DNA of 60,270 nucleotides, filler included. It is 3 parts of 3 records of this genome, joined end to end, with 100 filler letters (N's around TTAATTAATTAA, not from the genome) between each part and the next. Parts side by side here need not be neighbours in the genome. Positions count along the whole stretch, not along the records: positions 41,425 to 60,270 come from SRR20825019_503; 2 more parts are not named here. One strand, given 5' to 3'. Below are positions 59,569-60,270 of this stretch, piece by piece. The notes under the pieces were generated by a model. The model was given only the letters and a program-made list of their open reading frames with translations. It was not told the DNA's origin and ran no database searches. The position numbers were made by a program, and so were the translations under genes. Numbering within the stretch: position 1 is the first letter of the stretch; each line of letters starts with the position of its first letter.

Positions 59569-60270
59569 ATGCTGCTATCTACACCTTTATCGCCCCTGCT
59601 TTGTAAGAGCAGTAGTACTGTTGTTGCTCTGGTGAGGAAGCGGCGAAGTGGTCACGAGGGGGGTGGGCGAGGGGGTCCACGACTACTTCCCGGCGTGTGG
59701 TTGACTACCCTCATTGTGATTATCACCGCCTGCTTCTCCTCGGTAATAATACCCCATGCTGATGCCATCACACTGCTGGCTTCGACAATATCTACATGGT
59801 CTAATGTGTGTAATGACTGCGAGGTACCGTCAGGTGGGACCGTCCTAGCCGTCGCCAGCATGACCGCCGATGCCAACTCAGCAGGTAAGCCCGCTGTCGT
59901 CTTCACCATGACAAACCTCCTTACCTCTGGACAGCTCACTATTGACTGCGGTGGGAGTCCGTGGGGCTATGGTATACCACTACTCTTTACGGTGATAAGC
60001 GGCTCGAACACCCCTACCAGCACCATCACCCACTTCTTCAAAATCATGGGTACCTTAAGTGTAGGGAGCTCTGTGGAGATCAGAGGTGGCACGTACCATC
60101 TGAAATACAACCAGGTCCGATTTATGGAGGTGTCGAATCTCCAAATGTCTTCTACCGCATCGATTCAGATTAAGTCGAATATTTTATATCAAGGGACAGT
60201 GGGCACTACCCCAAACATGTATATTTGGAGTATATCAGGTCTGACGATGGCGAGTAGCAGCTCGATCGAT
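59569..60270 (+). CDS. Start of a probable surface protein (Ser/Thr-rich beta-helix-like; DGF-1/bodonin-like), running off the window
   Basis: Stop-free frame from ATG 59569 to the end: hydrophobic segment VWLTTLIVIITACFSSVII, then strands such as LSVGSSVEIRGG and MSSTASIQIKSN. Confidence 0.55.
   Translation, partial: MLLSTPLSPLLCKSSSTVVALVRKRRSGHEGGGRGGPRLLPGVWLTTLIVIITACFSSVIIPHADAITLLASTISTWSNVCNDCEVPSGGTVLAVASMTADANSAGKPAVVFTMTNLLTSGQLTIDCGGSPWGYGIPLLFTVISGSNTPTSTITHFFKIMGTLSVGSSVEIRGGTYHLKYNQVRFMEVSNLQMSSTASIQIKSNILYQGTVGTTPNMYIWSISGLTMASSSSID

Overview
The window is not one continuous locus. It is three unrelated contigs joined by artificial 100-nt linkers (N44-TTAATTAATTAA-N44 at 18352-18451 and 41325-41424). 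(1) 1-18351 is an alphaproteobacterial (Rhodobacteraceae-like) integrated element starting at a duplicated 3' half of tRNA-Lys(UUU). It has a phage-satellite/PICI-like core: P4-type integrase, AlpA, PC4-like SSB, AAA_25 helicase, an iteron-like repeat cluster and a DUF5681/TerS-like protein. It has no capsid, portal, large terminase or tail, but carries two large podovirus ejection-protein-like genes, one fused to a peptidoglycan amidase. It also carries an orphan PemK/MazF RNase followed by a promoter-hairpins-terminator candidate sRNA, a MOB_V relaxase with a putative oriT, an XRE switch, a probably antisense-controlled small HTH gene and an HTH-PIN toxin-antitoxin pair. (2) 18452-41324 is an alphaproteobacterial heavy-metal island (CzcCBA-type RND, CDF + MerR, CueR/CopA/CopZ, CopAB multicopper oxidase system, decayed integrase), followed by hutC, a TonB-dependent receptor with a HutC-like box, and two PepSY genes. 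(3) 41425-60270 is a kinetoplastid-like eukaryotic contig with intronless co-oriented genes and polypyrimidine tracts: thimet oligopeptidase, NDUFV1, two Mex67 paralogues (one with an RGG N-terminus, one with a CCCH finger), a frameshifted Cdc123-like ATP-grasp gene, a GT31-like glycosyltransferase and the start of a surface-protein gene. All family calls come from motif recognition by eye; no database searches were run.
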